64,000 nucleotides of DNA. Source: Bacteroidales bacterium (lineage in GTDB: Bacteria; Bacteroidota; Bacteroidia; Bacteroidales; UBA3824). Of the stretch, positions 26,910 to 36,176 are shown one piece after another (the stretch's first letter is position 1; every line of letters begins with the position of its first letter). Below the pieces are notes generated by a model that was given only the letters and a program-made list of their open reading frames with translations, was not told the DNA's origin and searched no databases. The DNA is taken from positions 324,189 to 388,188 of the forward strand of contig JAEERW010000001.1 in assembly GCA_016286055.1 (NCBI GenBank), written 5' to 3'. Both the position numbers and the translations under genes were made by a program.

Positions 26910-26935
26910 CAGCCGCTATACGGCGGCTGTTTTTT
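26910..26935 (+). terminator. rho-independent terminator after the trpB-like gene
   Basis: Stem cagccgc (26910-26916) / gcggctg (26923-26929), then a T6 run. Confidence 0.85.
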
Positions 26936-26946
26936 ATTATGTAGTT

Positions 26947-28464
26947 ATGTCACCAATTCTGATTTTATTCATCATATTTCTCTATTTTGCAATGATTTTT
27001 GCCGTGAGCGTATACACAAGTCGCAAATCGGGCAACGACAACAAGGCTTTTTTCACCGGCTCGCGACAGTCGCCGTGGTACATTGTGGCTATTGCAATGA
27101 TTGGCACAAGTATTTCGGGCGTAACGTTTATCTCCGTGCCGGGAATGGTGGCGGGGTCGCAATTCAGTTATATCCAGATGGTTCTCGGCTTTGTGGCGGG
27201 ATATTTTGCCATTGCCTACGTGCTGTTGCCGCTCTATTACAAACTCAATTTGCAGAGCATCTACACCTATTTAGACCAGCGTTTTGGACACGGGAGTTAC
27301 CGCATTGGCGCGGTTTTCTTCTTGATTTCCAAGTTTTTGGGATGCGGCGTTAGAATGTACCTTACGGCAATAGTGTTGCAGTTGGTGCTTTTTAATCAGA
27401 TTGGAGTGCCTTTTGCACTCAATGTGGCTGTAACAATGATAATTGTGTGGCTTTACACGTTTCGTGGAGGTGTTAAAACTCTTGTGTGGACAGATATGTT
27501 GCAAACCCTTTCGCTAATAGCCGCCGTGGTGCTGTGCATATATTTTGTGTGCCAACAAATGGGTTTGGATTTGAGCAGCCTTTGCTCGTCGATTGCGTCG
27601 AGCGAAATGTCCGACACGTGGTTCTTTTCTGATTACAACGATAAACGTTTCTTTTTCAAGCAGTTTCTTGCCGGAATGTTCACCACCATTGCAATGACTG
27701 GTTTGGATCAGGATATGATGCAGAAAAACCTCTCGTGCCGCAATCTCAAAGACGCACAAAAGAATGTTATCAGTTATGGTTTTGGTTTTTTGCCTGTTAA
27801 CCTGTTGTTTCTTGCGCTCGGCATACTCCTTTATAATTATGCCGCTCAGTTGGGACTTTTTACCAATGGCGCACTCACTGATATTCAGGGAAATGCACTC
27901 AAAAGCGACGAACTTTTTCCATATCTTGCCACTGCCACCAATGCCGACGGCGTGCCTTTCTTGCCCGCAGCGGTAGGCGTGCTATTTATCCTCGGACTTG
28001 TGGCTGCGGCGTTCTCTTCGGCAGGAAGTGCGGTAACAGCCCTCACCACATCGGTAACCATCGACATTCTTCGTGCCGACAAGAAGGGTAACGACGAAAG
28101 TCTCCGTCGTACACGTCAAAAAGTGCATATTATTAACGCATTAGTAATGGGCGTAATTATCTATCTTTTTAAGGCGATAGGCAGTACAAGCGTAATTGAA
28201 GCGGTTTATGTGGTGGCAAGTTACACCTACGGACCTTTGCTCGGCTTGTATTTTTACGGATTATACTCCAAACGTCCTGTCCGCGACCGTCTTGTGCCTT
28301 TCATCTGCATACTTTCGCCCCTTATCTGCCTTGTAATCAGCCTTAACAGCGAAGCGTGGTTCAACGGCTACAAAATGGGCTACGAACTCCTCCTGCTCAA
28401 CGGCGCAATAACGGCTTTGGGATTGTGGATGAGTGGGGTTGGTATTCAAAAATCTGCGGAATAA
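26947..28464 (+). CDS. sodium:solute symporter (SSS) family transporter
   Basis: ATG at 26947, downstream of the terminator at 26910-26935. Polytopic. 'FFTGSRQSPWY', 'GGVKTLVWTD' and 'GLDQDMMQKNLSCR' are typical of the SSS family. Confidence 0.8.
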   Translation: MSPILILFIIFLYFAMIFAVSVYTSRKSGNDNKAFFTGSRQSPWYIVAIAMIGTSISGVTFISVPGMVAGSQFSYIQMVLGFVAGYFAIAYVLLPLYYKLNLQSIYTYLDQRFGHGSYRIGAVFFLISKFLGCGVRMYLTAIVLQLVLFNQIGVPFALNVAVTMIIVWLYTFRGGVKTLVWTDMLQTLSLIAAVVLCIYFVCQQMGLDLSSLCSSIASSEMSDTWFFSDYNDKRFFFKQFLAGMFTTIAMTGLDQDMMQKNLSCRNLKDAQKNVISYGFGFLPVNLLFLALGILLYNYAAQLGLFTNGALTDIQGNALKSDELFPYLATATNADGVPFLPAAVGVLFILGLVAAAFSSAGSAVTALTTSVTIDILRADKKGNDESLRRTRQKVHIINALVMGVIIYLFKAIGSTSVIEAVYVVASYTYGPLLGLYFYGLYSKRPVRDRLVPFICILSPLICLVISLNSEAWFNGYKMGYELLLLNGAITALGLWMSGVGIQKSAE

Positions 28465-29537
28465 TGTATGTGGTATTAATTTTGGTGGCGATTTATTCAC
28501 TGTTGATATTATTTTATTGTATCAAATTTCGTTATTACCACGATTCTATCCGCACCTTTTCCCCTAATATCCCCATCAACATTATCACCGCTGCCAAAAA
28601 CGAGGAGGAGAATATTGATAAATTTTTATCGTGCATATCGTCGCAAAATTACCAAAATAGTGAGTTGATTTTAGTAGACGACCATTCTACCGATGGCACT
28701 TACCGCATTGCCTCGGAGTATAAACAACGCTATAATTTTATATTATGCCATAATAACGGCAACGGCAAAAAAGCCGCCCTGCGCACAGCCTTGACTCATT
28801 GCAATGCACCTTATATATTGTTTACCGACGCCGATTGTTATAGCAATCCTCAGTGGACAACCATTATGGCAGCCTCGGCGCAGCACACCAAGGCTGATAT
28901 TATTTTAGCACCTTTGATAATAAAGGCCGACAATCCAAAATCCGTTTTCCAGCGTCTTTGGCAAACCGAATCGCTTGCTATACTTACACTTACGGCGGGA
29001 GCGGCCATAGCCGGACATCCCATAATGTGCAACGGCGGTAATATGATGGTTAACACCGCACTTCGTAACACTGCCGATGCCTACATTAAAGACCATTATC
29101 GTTCAGGAGATGATATTTTTTTATTGCAGTATGCCGTTATGCAAGGCAAAAAGATTGTTTATGTAAAACACCCCGATGCGGCTGTATATACGCATAGTCC
29201 CAAAAGTCTTGGAGCATTGATTCGTCAGCGTACACGATGGGCCGGCAAGACTGTGGGTTACACTGATATAGTTACCATAGCCGTGGCTGCGGTAGTGTTT
29301 TTGGCAAATGTTGCGATATTGGTGGCAGCGGGCTTGTGGGTTGCGGATGTTATAAATTGGTATAATTTTTTAATACTTTTTGGAGTTAAATTTGTAGCCG
29401 ACACTTTTTCTGTAAAATCACCGGCGGCAGTGTATGGTATTAAAGCAAATTGGTTTGATATAGTGCTTTTGTCGTTGGTGTACCCTGTTTATACGCTTGT
29501 ATGTGCTGTGGGGGGAGTGTTAAAGCGTGGGTGGTGA
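28464..29537 (+). CDS. membrane family 2 glycosyltransferase
   Basis: ATG at 28464 overlaps the symporter stop (TAATG). N-terminal TM, 'ITAAKNEEENI', 'LVDDHSTDGT', 'FTDADC', 'QRTRWA' and C-terminal TM helices. Confidence 0.75.
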   Translation: MYVVLILVAIYSLLILFYCIKFRYYHDSIRTFSPNIPINIITAAKNEEENIDKFLSCISSQNYQNSELILVDDHSTDGTYRIASEYKQRYNFILCHNNGNGKKAALRTALTHCNAPYILFTDADCYSNPQWTTIMAASAQHTKADIILAPLIIKADNPKSVFQRLWQTESLAILTLTAGAAIAGHPIMCNGGNMMVNTALRNTADAYIKDHYRSGDDIFLLQYAVMQGKKIVYVKHPDAAVYTHSPKSLGALIRQRTRWAGKTVGYTDIVTIAVAAVVFLANVAILVAAGLWVADVINWYNFLILFGVKFVADTFSVKSPAAVYGIKANWFDIVLLSLVYPVYTLVCAVGGVLKRGW

Positions 29538-29596
29538 TATTTTTCCGTCATTAGATTCAAAATTTCTTTTTTTTTATTACCTTTGCCCCTGAAAAT

Positions 29597-29604
29597 TATA
29601 TTTG
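29597..29604 (+). promoter_or_regulatory. -7 box TAtaTTTG upstream of holB
   Basis: Exact match 7 nt before ATG 29612, embedded in the inverted repeat ctttgcc...ggcaaag. Confidence 0.35.
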
Positions 29605-29611
29605 GCAAAGT

Positions 29612-30763
29612 ATGCAGTTTAAAGATATACCAGGACACGACGAGGTTAAACAGCGACTAATCAACACTGTAAGCGACAACCGTATCAGTCACGCCCAATT
29701 GTTTTTGGGGAATGAGGGATGCGGAAAACTCGCTCTGGCTATTGCATACGCACAGTATATCAACTGCACAGGTCGCAAACCCGGCGATACGGATAGTTGC
29801 GGCACTTGTCCACATTGCGTTAAGTATCAGAAACTCGTCCATCCCGACCTCCATTTTGTCTACCCTGTGGTGTCGGGCAAGGGCACAACCAAGCCTGTGA
29901 GCGATGATTTTCTTACCGATTGGCGCAAATTCGTGTTGCAGCGGAATTATCACCGTTTGGACGATTGGTACGATTTTATTGGTTCCGACAATTCGCAGGG
30001 AGCCATCTTTGCCCAAGAGAGTCAGGAGATTATACGCAAACTCGGCTTAAAAACTTTTGAGGCGGAATACAAGGTGATGATAATTTGGATGGCAGAAAAA
30101 CTCAACGAAACCGCCGCCAACAAACTCCTGAAAATGATTGAGGAGCCGCCTGCCAAAACGCTTTTTATCCTTGTGGCAGAAAACGAGGAGATGATACTCA
30201 CCACCATCCGCAGCCGTGTGCAGTTGGTAAAAATCGACCGTCCTACAAATCAGGATATTGTGGCGTCGTTGCAGCAGGAATTTCCCGATGCCGACCCACA
30301 AACACTCCAAAATAGCGCAATGCTTGCCGACGGCAATTATCTCGAAGCCTGCGCCGCTCTCCGCCAATTTAAGTCGGGAACTGTGGAAACGCCTTATTTT
30401 GAACTGTTTACCACACTTATGCGTGAGGCTTTTTCTGCCAAATACGATGCCATTATCAAACTTAGCGACAACCTTGCAAAACTCGGTCGCGAAAAACAGA
30501 AAAAGTTTTTCGACTACTGCAACCGTATGCTGCGCGAGTGTTTTATGCTCAGTAGCGTGTCGGAGAGCCTTGTAAACCTCACTCCGGGCGAGATGGAATT
30601 TGCGCAAAAGTTTTCGCCTTTTATTCACAGTGGTAACGTGGGTATGCTCTCAGAGCAGTTTGGCGAGGCGTGCCGCAATATCGAGCGCAATGCTTACGGC
30701 AAACTTGTGTTTACCGACCTTGCTCTCAAAATTTCACCATTATTAAAGATAAAACGAATTTAA
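29612..30763 (+). CDS. holB: DNA polymerase III subunit delta-prime
   Basis: 'HAQLFLGNEGCGKLALAIAYAQYINC', zinc-module Cys cluster 'CGTCPHC', 'SRVQ' sensor motif. Confidence 0.85.
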   Translation: MQFKDIPGHDEVKQRLINTVSDNRISHAQLFLGNEGCGKLALAIAYAQYINCTGRKPGDTDSCGTCPHCVKYQKLVHPDLHFVYPVVSGKGTTKPVSDDFLTDWRKFVLQRNYHRLDDWYDFIGSDNSQGAIFAQESQEIIRKLGLKTFEAEYKVMIIWMAEKLNETAANKLLKMIEEPPAKTLFILVAENEEMILTTIRSRVQLVKIDRPTNQDIVASLQQEFPDADPQTLQNSAMLADGNYLEACAALRQFKSGTVETPYFELFTTLMREAFSAKYDAIIKLSDNLAKLGREKQKKFFDYCNRMLRECFMLSSVSESLVNLTPGEMEFAQKFSPFIHSGNVGMLSEQFGEACRNIERNAYGKLVFTDLALKISPLLKIKRI

Positions 30764-30796
30764 AACACATATATATTGCTATTTAGCATCAACAAA

Positions 30797-32227
30797 ATGG
30801 AAGAATACGACGATTATAAAAACATACAGCGAGGTTGCGACGGAATAGAGTACGCCTGCTTTGATTGCGGCTCTGATTGCTGCGGCAAGTGCTTGAATAC
30901 CAATAGTTGCAACAAATTAGACGTTCGCGATTGGTTAGACGAAATTCCACCGTCGATGAATACCGATTGCGATATTTGCGAAATACGTTTTAAAAACACT
31001 CGCAAAGGATTTTACCGAAATGTAAATAATCTTGAACTCGAAGTGGGTGATATTGTGGCTGTTGAGGCCTCTCCGGGACACGATATCGGTGTGGTTTCGG
31101 TAAAAGGTCCGCTTGTGAAATTGCAGATGAAACGTGCCCGCATACGTCCCGACACCGAGTTTAAAAAGATTTACCGCAAGGCAAAACAATCTGACATTGA
31201 AAAATGGAAACAAGTGGTGGCAAAAGAGGATCAAGTGATGCTCAAATCGCGTCAAATTGCCGAAAGTCTCCGTTTGGATATGAAAATCGGCGATGTGGAG
31301 TTTCAGGGCGACGGCTCTAAGGCAATATTCTATTACATTGCAGATGAGCGAGTTGACTTCCGTGAACTTATCAAGATAATGGCAGATGAGTTTAAAATCC
31401 GCATCGAAATGAAACAGATTGGCGCACGTCAGGAGGCGGGTAGGATAGGAGGCATAGGTCCTTGTGGCAGAGAACTTTGCTGCACCACTTGGATTACCAA
31501 CTTTGTGTCGGTTTCTACCAACAATGCCCGTCAGCAGGAACTATCTTTGAATCCGCAGAAACTCGCTGGTCAGTGCGGCAAACTCAAATGCTGCCTCAAC
31601 TACGAAATCGATGCTTACTTAGACGCTCAGCGCGATTTCCCCTCGGTACGCCAGCCGCTCGAAACTATGGAGGGTACGGCTTACCACCAAAAAACCGATA
31701 TTTTCAAGCGTGTTATGTGGTTTAGTTACGACCAAAACTCCTCGGCAAACATCACTGTGGTGCCCATCGACCGTGTTAAGGAGATTATCGCAATGAACAA
31801 GCGCGGCGAAAAACCCGACACGCTCCTCCTCAACGACAAAAATGCTGAGCAAAACACACCGCAACCCAAGAAAGAGATTGTGGATGAGTTTGTTGACGCT
31901 TCCGATTCGGAGGACATCACTCGTTTCGACAGTCTCCGCAAGAAGAAAAAGAAAAAGAAGAAAAACAAAGCCGCCAATGCCAATGCTACTTCAACCGCGC
32001 AACCCGATCAGGCCGAACAGCCGCAACAGATGCTTACCGTTTCGCCTGTGCCACAACCCAAACAGCCTGTGGTGCCTGCCGTTCAACCAAACGCTCCTCA
32101 GCAGGGTGGCGAAAAGCGTTTTAATATAAAATTTAACAATAAGAACAATCAAAACAAGCCTTTCAAGGGGCAGAAAAACCGCAACGGCGACTATTATCAA
32201 AAACCTCAGCCGCCAAAGCAGGGATAA
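30797..32227 (+). CDS. PSP1 (RicT/YaaT-like) domain protein with Cys-rich N-terminus and K/P/Q-rich C-terminal tail
   Basis: ATG at 30797. PSP1 core 'DVEFQGDGSKAIFYYIADERVDFRELIK...FKIRIEMKQIGAR' and 'CGRELCC...GQCGKLKCCLNYE'. The tail has 'RKKKKKKKKNK' and PQ-rich repeats. Conserved holB-adjacent position. Confidence 0.8.
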   Translation: MEEYDDYKNIQRGCDGIEYACFDCGSDCCGKCLNTNSCNKLDVRDWLDEIPPSMNTDCDICEIRFKNTRKGFYRNVNNLELEVGDIVAVEASPGHDIGVVSVKGPLVKLQMKRARIRPDTEFKKIYRKAKQSDIEKWKQVVAKEDQVMLKSRQIAESLRLDMKIGDVEFQGDGSKAIFYYIADERVDFRELIKIMADEFKIRIEMKQIGARQEAGRIGGIGPCGRELCCTTWITNFVSVSTNNARQQELSLNPQKLAGQCGKLKCCLNYEIDAYLDAQRDFPSVRQPLETMEGTAYHQKTDIFKRVMWFSYDQNSSANITVVPIDRVKEIIAMNKRGEKPDTLLLNDKNAEQNTPQPKKEIVDEFVDASDSEDITRFDSLRKKKKKKKKNKAANANATSTAQPDQAEQPQQMLTVSPVPQPKQPVVPAVQPNAPQQGGEKRFNIKFNNKNNQNKPFKGQKNRNGDYYQKPQPPKQG

Positions 32228-32244
32228 TTTAACTTATTGGCGCA

Positions 32245-33144
32245 ATGGACATTAAATCCAACAAATGGAAGGGCACTACCGGCGGTGGTAATTTCGGACA
32301 GAAGTCATTGATTTTCTTGTTCCGACACTTTGGTGTGCGTGTGGGATATTTCTTTATGTATATCTCCATACCCTTCTATTTGATTTTTGGGCGAAAGGCT
32401 CGCAAGGCTTCGTGCAAATATTTCCGTCAGGTGCACCATTACGGCAAGGTCAAAGCGTTTTTTAGCACGTGGACTACCTACAATAATTTTGGCAAAGTAA
32501 TGCTCGATAGGTTTGCAATCTTTTCGGGGCAACATTCCAAATTTACAATGACGAGCGACACAATGCATGTGTTCAACGACCTTATGACCAAGCCGGAAGG
32601 ATTTTTGATGGCGGGTAGTCACACCGGCAACTTTGAAATTTGCGGATACCTTCTCCGTCAGGATATTAAAAAAATCTTTGCCCTTGTGTTTGGCGGCGAA
32701 TCTGAGATAATGCAGCGTCAGCGATTTGCGCAACTTGCTCCAAACAATGTGGTTATGGTGGCGGTAAAAGACGATATGAGTCACCTATTTACGCTCAATG
32801 AAGCCCTCGAAAACGGCGATATTATCACTATGCCCGCCGACAGAATTTTTGGCAGTAGCAAGTCGGTGAGATGCAATTTTGGATATGCACAAGCCGATTT
32901 TCCTGTGGGACCGTTTGCTGTGGCGGCTCTGCGCAATGTGCCGGTAATTGCCGTGTTTGTGTTTAAGGAATCTACATATCGCTATAATGTTATTGTTGAG
33001 AAAGTTGAGGTGGAAAATTCCGACTCGCTTCCCACCAAAAAACGCGCCGAGGCAATGGCTCGAAAATATGTGCAATTGCTTGAACGTCAGATTTTAAGTC
33101 ACCCTACGCAATGGTTCAATTTTTATGATTTTTTTGTGGAATAA
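32245..33144 (+). CDS. LpxL/HtrB-like lysophospholipid acyltransferase family protein
   Basis: 299-aa ORF. N-terminal membrane anchor, 'GSHTGNFE' (H-containing catalytic block) and 'PADR'. This is the layout found in aryl-polyene-type lipid clusters. Confidence 0.7.
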   Translation: MDIKSNKWKGTTGGGNFGQKSLIFLFRHFGVRVGYFFMYISIPFYLIFGRKARKASCKYFRQVHHYGKVKAFFSTWTTYNNFGKVMLDRFAIFSGQHSKFTMTSDTMHVFNDLMTKPEGFLMAGSHTGNFEICGYLLRQDIKKIFALVFGGESEIMQRQRFAQLAPNNVVMVAVKDDMSHLFTLNEALENGDIITMPADRIFGSSKSVRCNFGYAQADFPVGPFAVAALRNVPVIAVFVFKESTYRYNVIVEKVEVENSDSLPTKKRAEAMARKYVQLLERQILSHPTQWFNFYDFFVE

Positions 33145-33146
33145 TT

Positions 33147-34286
33147 ATGGTAGATATAATTTCAACAAATATTGTCTCCCCCTTGGGATTCTCCACTATG
33201 CAGAATTACACCGCTGCTAAGGCGGGTTGTTCGGCAGTGAAACAATACAACAACCTTTTGGATTCCGGTGTTGACACTTCCGCCTCTGTGATTGATTCCA
33301 AAATGCTCGACGACGCTTTCACCGATTATTGCTTGCTCGACCCTGCCAATTATTCAAAGGTAGAAAAGGCTGCTATGCTATCAATCAAAACCGCCGCCGA
33401 TAATTGCGATGTAGAATTAAAATCCTCACGTACTGCGTTTTATGTATCTTCAACTAAAGGAAATGTGGAATTGTTAGACCGTGGCGAAAAATATTTTAAT
33501 TCTCCCGAGATTCCGCTTTGGCACACAGCCTCTGTTGTTGCAAATTATTTTGGAAATCCTAACACTCCTATAACCGTTTCAAATGCTTGTATTTCAGGAC
33601 TTTCGGCAATTATTTCTGCAGCACGTGCTCTTGAATCCCATCGTATCGATTGTGCTGTTGTAACCGGTGTGGACATGCTTTCGAGGTTTATTGTTCTGGG
33701 ATTTTCGAGTCTTAAATCATTGTCGCAATCGCAATGCCGTCCGTTCGACATCAATCGCACAGGGCTCAACCTTGGCGAGGCGGCTGCAACTGTTATTTTA
33801 CGACGTTCTGAAGAAAATTCTAAATTCGTTAAGTTTGTAACAGGCTCTATTCACAACGATGCCTACCATATATCGTCACCATCAAAAACTGCCGAAGGTT
33901 CGTTTCGCTGTTTGATGGATGTAACCAAAAATATCGATCTCTCGCAAATTGCTTTTGTAAACGCACATGGCACATCTACAATGTATAACGATGAGATGGA
34001 GTCGGTGGCCATTTCGCGAGCCGGATTGCAAAATATTCCTGTTAATTCGCTCAAACCTATTTTTGGACACACTCTCGGTGCGGCCGGAGTATTAGAGAGC
34101 GTAATCTCCATTACGGCATTGCAAGATAATACAGTATTGCCCACCAAGAATTTTGAGGAATACGGCGTTTCTAAAAAAATAAACATACAGCGTAGCATTG
34201 AAAACACTGATAAACAATGTGCTATAAAACTGATTTCGGGTTTTGGAGGCTGCAACGCCGCCGCTGTTTTTAAAAAAGGAGAATAA
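33147..34286 (+). CDS. beta-ketoacyl-[ACP] synthase
   Basis: Active-site Cys 'SNACISGLSAI', 'NAHGTSTMYND', 'GHTLGAAG', 'SGFGGCNAA'. Confidence 0.85.
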   Translation: MVDIISTNIVSPLGFSTMQNYTAAKAGCSAVKQYNNLLDSGVDTSASVIDSKMLDDAFTDYCLLDPANYSKVEKAAMLSIKTAADNCDVELKSSRTAFYVSSTKGNVELLDRGEKYFNSPEIPLWHTASVVANYFGNPNTPITVSNACISGLSAIISAARALESHRIDCAVVTGVDMLSRFIVLGFSSLKSLSQSQCRPFDINRTGLNLGEAAATVILRRSEENSKFVKFVTGSIHNDAYHISSPSKTAEGSFRCLMDVTKNIDLSQIAFVNAHGTSTMYNDEMESVAISRAGLQNIPVNSLKPIFGHTLGAAGVLESVISITALQDNTVLPTKNFEEYGVSKKINIQRSIENTDKQCAIKLISGFGGCNAAAVFKKGE

Positions 34287-34288
34287 CT

Positions 34289-34876
34289 ATGGCTAAGATT
34301 GTGCAATACACATCGCTCAAAAACCTTTCTACCGAGGCACTTGCCGACCTATATCGCAGCAAAGGTATTGATTATCCTAAGTTTTTTAAGATGGATGCGC
34401 TTTGCAAGGCGGGTTTCCTGCTGGCAGAAGATATTGTTAATAAGGCTGATAATGAGTTCCTTAAGCATAAAGACAACACATCTGTGATAGTTTTTACCAG
34501 CAATGGTACACTCCGTACCGATATAGGTTTTGAACGCACTATTGCCGACCCGGAAAATTGTTTCCCCTCGCCATCGTATTTTGTGTATACTCTGCCCAAT
34601 ATTGTTGCCGGTGAAATTGCTATCCGTCACGGATTTATGGGTGAAACGGCAGTGTATATTGCCGAACATTTTTTGCCTACTCAGATTGAAGGCATAGTTG
34701 ATGACACTGTTGCCGTTTCTGATTATGTGTTAGCGGCTTGGATAGATACAATTGGCGATACCACCTCTGCTCTTATGTTTCTTATCTCCCGCAACGGTAA
34801 TGATGATTTGACTAATTTTGAAGCGGGACAGTTGGAGGGGATATATAATCAGTGCTTTGGAAAATACAAAATTTAA
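34289..34876 (+). CDS. beta-ketoacyl synthase N-terminal-like (KS-partner/chain-length-factor-like) protein
   Basis: 195-aa ORF starting 3 nt after the KS. 'FKMDALCKAGFLLAE', 'SPSYFVYTLPNIVAGEIAIRHG' is thiolase-fold-like and lacks the KS catalytic triad. Confidence 0.55.
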   Translation: MAKIVQYTSLKNLSTEALADLYRSKGIDYPKFFKMDALCKAGFLLAEDIVNKADNEFLKHKDNTSVIVFTSNGTLRTDIGFERTIADPENCFPSPSYFVYTLPNIVAGEIAIRHGFMGETAVYIAEHFLPTQIEGIVDDTVAVSDYVLAAWIDTIGDTTSALMFLISRNGNDDLTNFEAGQLEGIYNQCFGKYKI

Positions 34877-34910
34877 TCCTATATTTGCAGAAAATAAAAT
34901 AGATACGACC

Positions 34911-35813
34911 ATGGGAAACTACATCAGATTCGATTGGGCAATGAAACGCCTACTGCGCAACAAGGCCGACCACGTGGTGCTTGAAGGGTTTCTTAGTGTC
35001 ATCTTCAAACGTCAAATCAAGATTACCAAAATACTTGAAAGCGAAGGCAATCAAGACTTTGAAGAACAAAAGTTCAATCGGGTGGACTTTCTTGCCGAAG
35101 ATGAACAAGGCGAACTGATGTTGTTTGAAATCCAAAATAGCCATGAACTCGACTATTTTCATCGTATGGCATACGGCGCATCAAAAGTGATTTCCGACTA
35201 TCTTGGCAAAGGCGAACCATATCGCAATCTAAAAAAAGTTTATTCTATCAACATCGTTTATTTTACACTTGGGCAAGGCAAAGGCTATGCCTACCACGGT
35301 ACAGTAAATTTTGTAAATATGAGCGATGACACCGACGTGCTTCAACTAACTGATGGTCAGAAAAAAGCATTCCAAGTAGAAACCGTAAGCCAGATATTTC
35401 CAGAATATTATCTGTTCCGAGTTAACAACTTTGACCAATTGGCAACAAGTTCTATTGAGGAGTGGATATCATTCTTAAAAACCGGTGAAATTCCCGACAC
35501 CTACACCGCCCAAGGTTTACCCGAAGCCCGCGAAATACTCCGTGTAGACAACCTCAACGACGAAGACCGCAAAGCCTACAACCGCTATGTAGAAACACTC
35601 CGTTTTAATCTCAGCGTAATGGATTCAAGCCGTATCGAAGGTAGGATGGAAGGTATGGAACAAGGACGTGCAGAAGGCATTGCAGAAGGCAAAGCACAAG
35701 GTGCCCAATCCGAAAAACTTGAAACCGCCAAGCGTATGAAATCCGAAGGACTTGATATTCATTTAATTGCCAAAATCACCCAACTGCCTATCGACGAAAT
35801 CGAAAAGTTGTAA
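34911..35813 (+). CDS. Rpn-family recombination-promoting nuclease / PD-(D/E)XK 'putative transposase'
   Basis: ATG at 34911. 'IRFDWAMKRLL', 'DFLAEDEQGELMLFEIQ' (D...E.Q/K core) and a repetitive C-terminus 'EGRMEGMEQGRAEGIAEGKAQG' typical of this family. Confidence 0.75.
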   Translation: MGNYIRFDWAMKRLLRNKADHVVLEGFLSVIFKRQIKITKILESEGNQDFEEQKFNRVDFLAEDEQGELMLFEIQNSHELDYFHRMAYGASKVISDYLGKGEPYRNLKKVYSINIVYFTLGQGKGYAYHGTVNFVNMSDDTDVLQLTDGQKKAFQVETVSQIFPEYYLFRVNNFDQLATSSIEEWISFLKTGEIPDTYTAQGLPEAREILRVDNLNDEDRKAYNRYVETLRFNLSVMDSSRIEGRMEGMEQGRAEGIAEGKAQGAQSEKLETAKRMKSEGLDIHLIAKITQLPIDEIEKL

Positions 35814-35822
35814 AAAAAAACT

Positions 35823-36176
35823 ATGTTAAAACTCCTTCTCTTATCCTTATCGCAATCTGCCTGTCTTGCTGCGGGGCAGATGTTTTTAAAATTAGCCATG
35901 CAAAATGCGCCTAAATTCGCTTTCACATGGCCAATTATCAAAGATTATCTCACTAATTGGAATCTATTGTTTTCGGGACTATGTATGGCAGCCGCTACAG
36001 GTCTTTGGTTTTATATTCTCAAACACGTGGATTTTTCAATTGCCTATCCTTTAATAAGTTTCAGTTATGTGTTTGGAATGTTGGCGGCGGTTTTTATTTT
36101 TCACGAAAGCGTTCCGCCCACACGTTGGTTTGGCCTTGCGCTTATAGTTTCGGGTGCATTCTTAATTTTGAAATAA
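35823..36176 (+). CDS. small EamA/ArnE-like (DMT superfamily) membrane protein
   Basis: 117 aa, 4 predicted TM helices, 'FSIAYPLISFSYVFGMLAAVFIFHE'. Confidence 0.55.
   Translation: MLKLLLLSLSQSACLAAGQMFLKLAMQNAPKFAFTWPIIKDYLTNWNLLFSGLCMAAATGLWFYILKHVDFSIAYPLISFSYVFGMLAAVFIFHESVPPTRWFGLALIVSGAFLILK

Noticed and set aside
30047-30628. 193-aa minus-strand ORF inside holB
   Set aside because: Antisense shadow ORF. The holB frame carries the AAA+ delta-prime motifs.
31936-31967. Purine-only Lys-codon tract (aagaagaaaaagaaaaagaagaaaaacaaa) as a phase-variation switch
   Set aside because: It is not a homopolymer or a simple perfect repeat and it is in frame within a low-complexity tail. Slippage is possible but nothing supports on/off switching.
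34911-35813. Rpn-type gene as a complete transposable element
   Set aside because: No terminal inverted repeats or target-site duplications seen. Rpn-family genes are usually stand-alone chromosomal genes.
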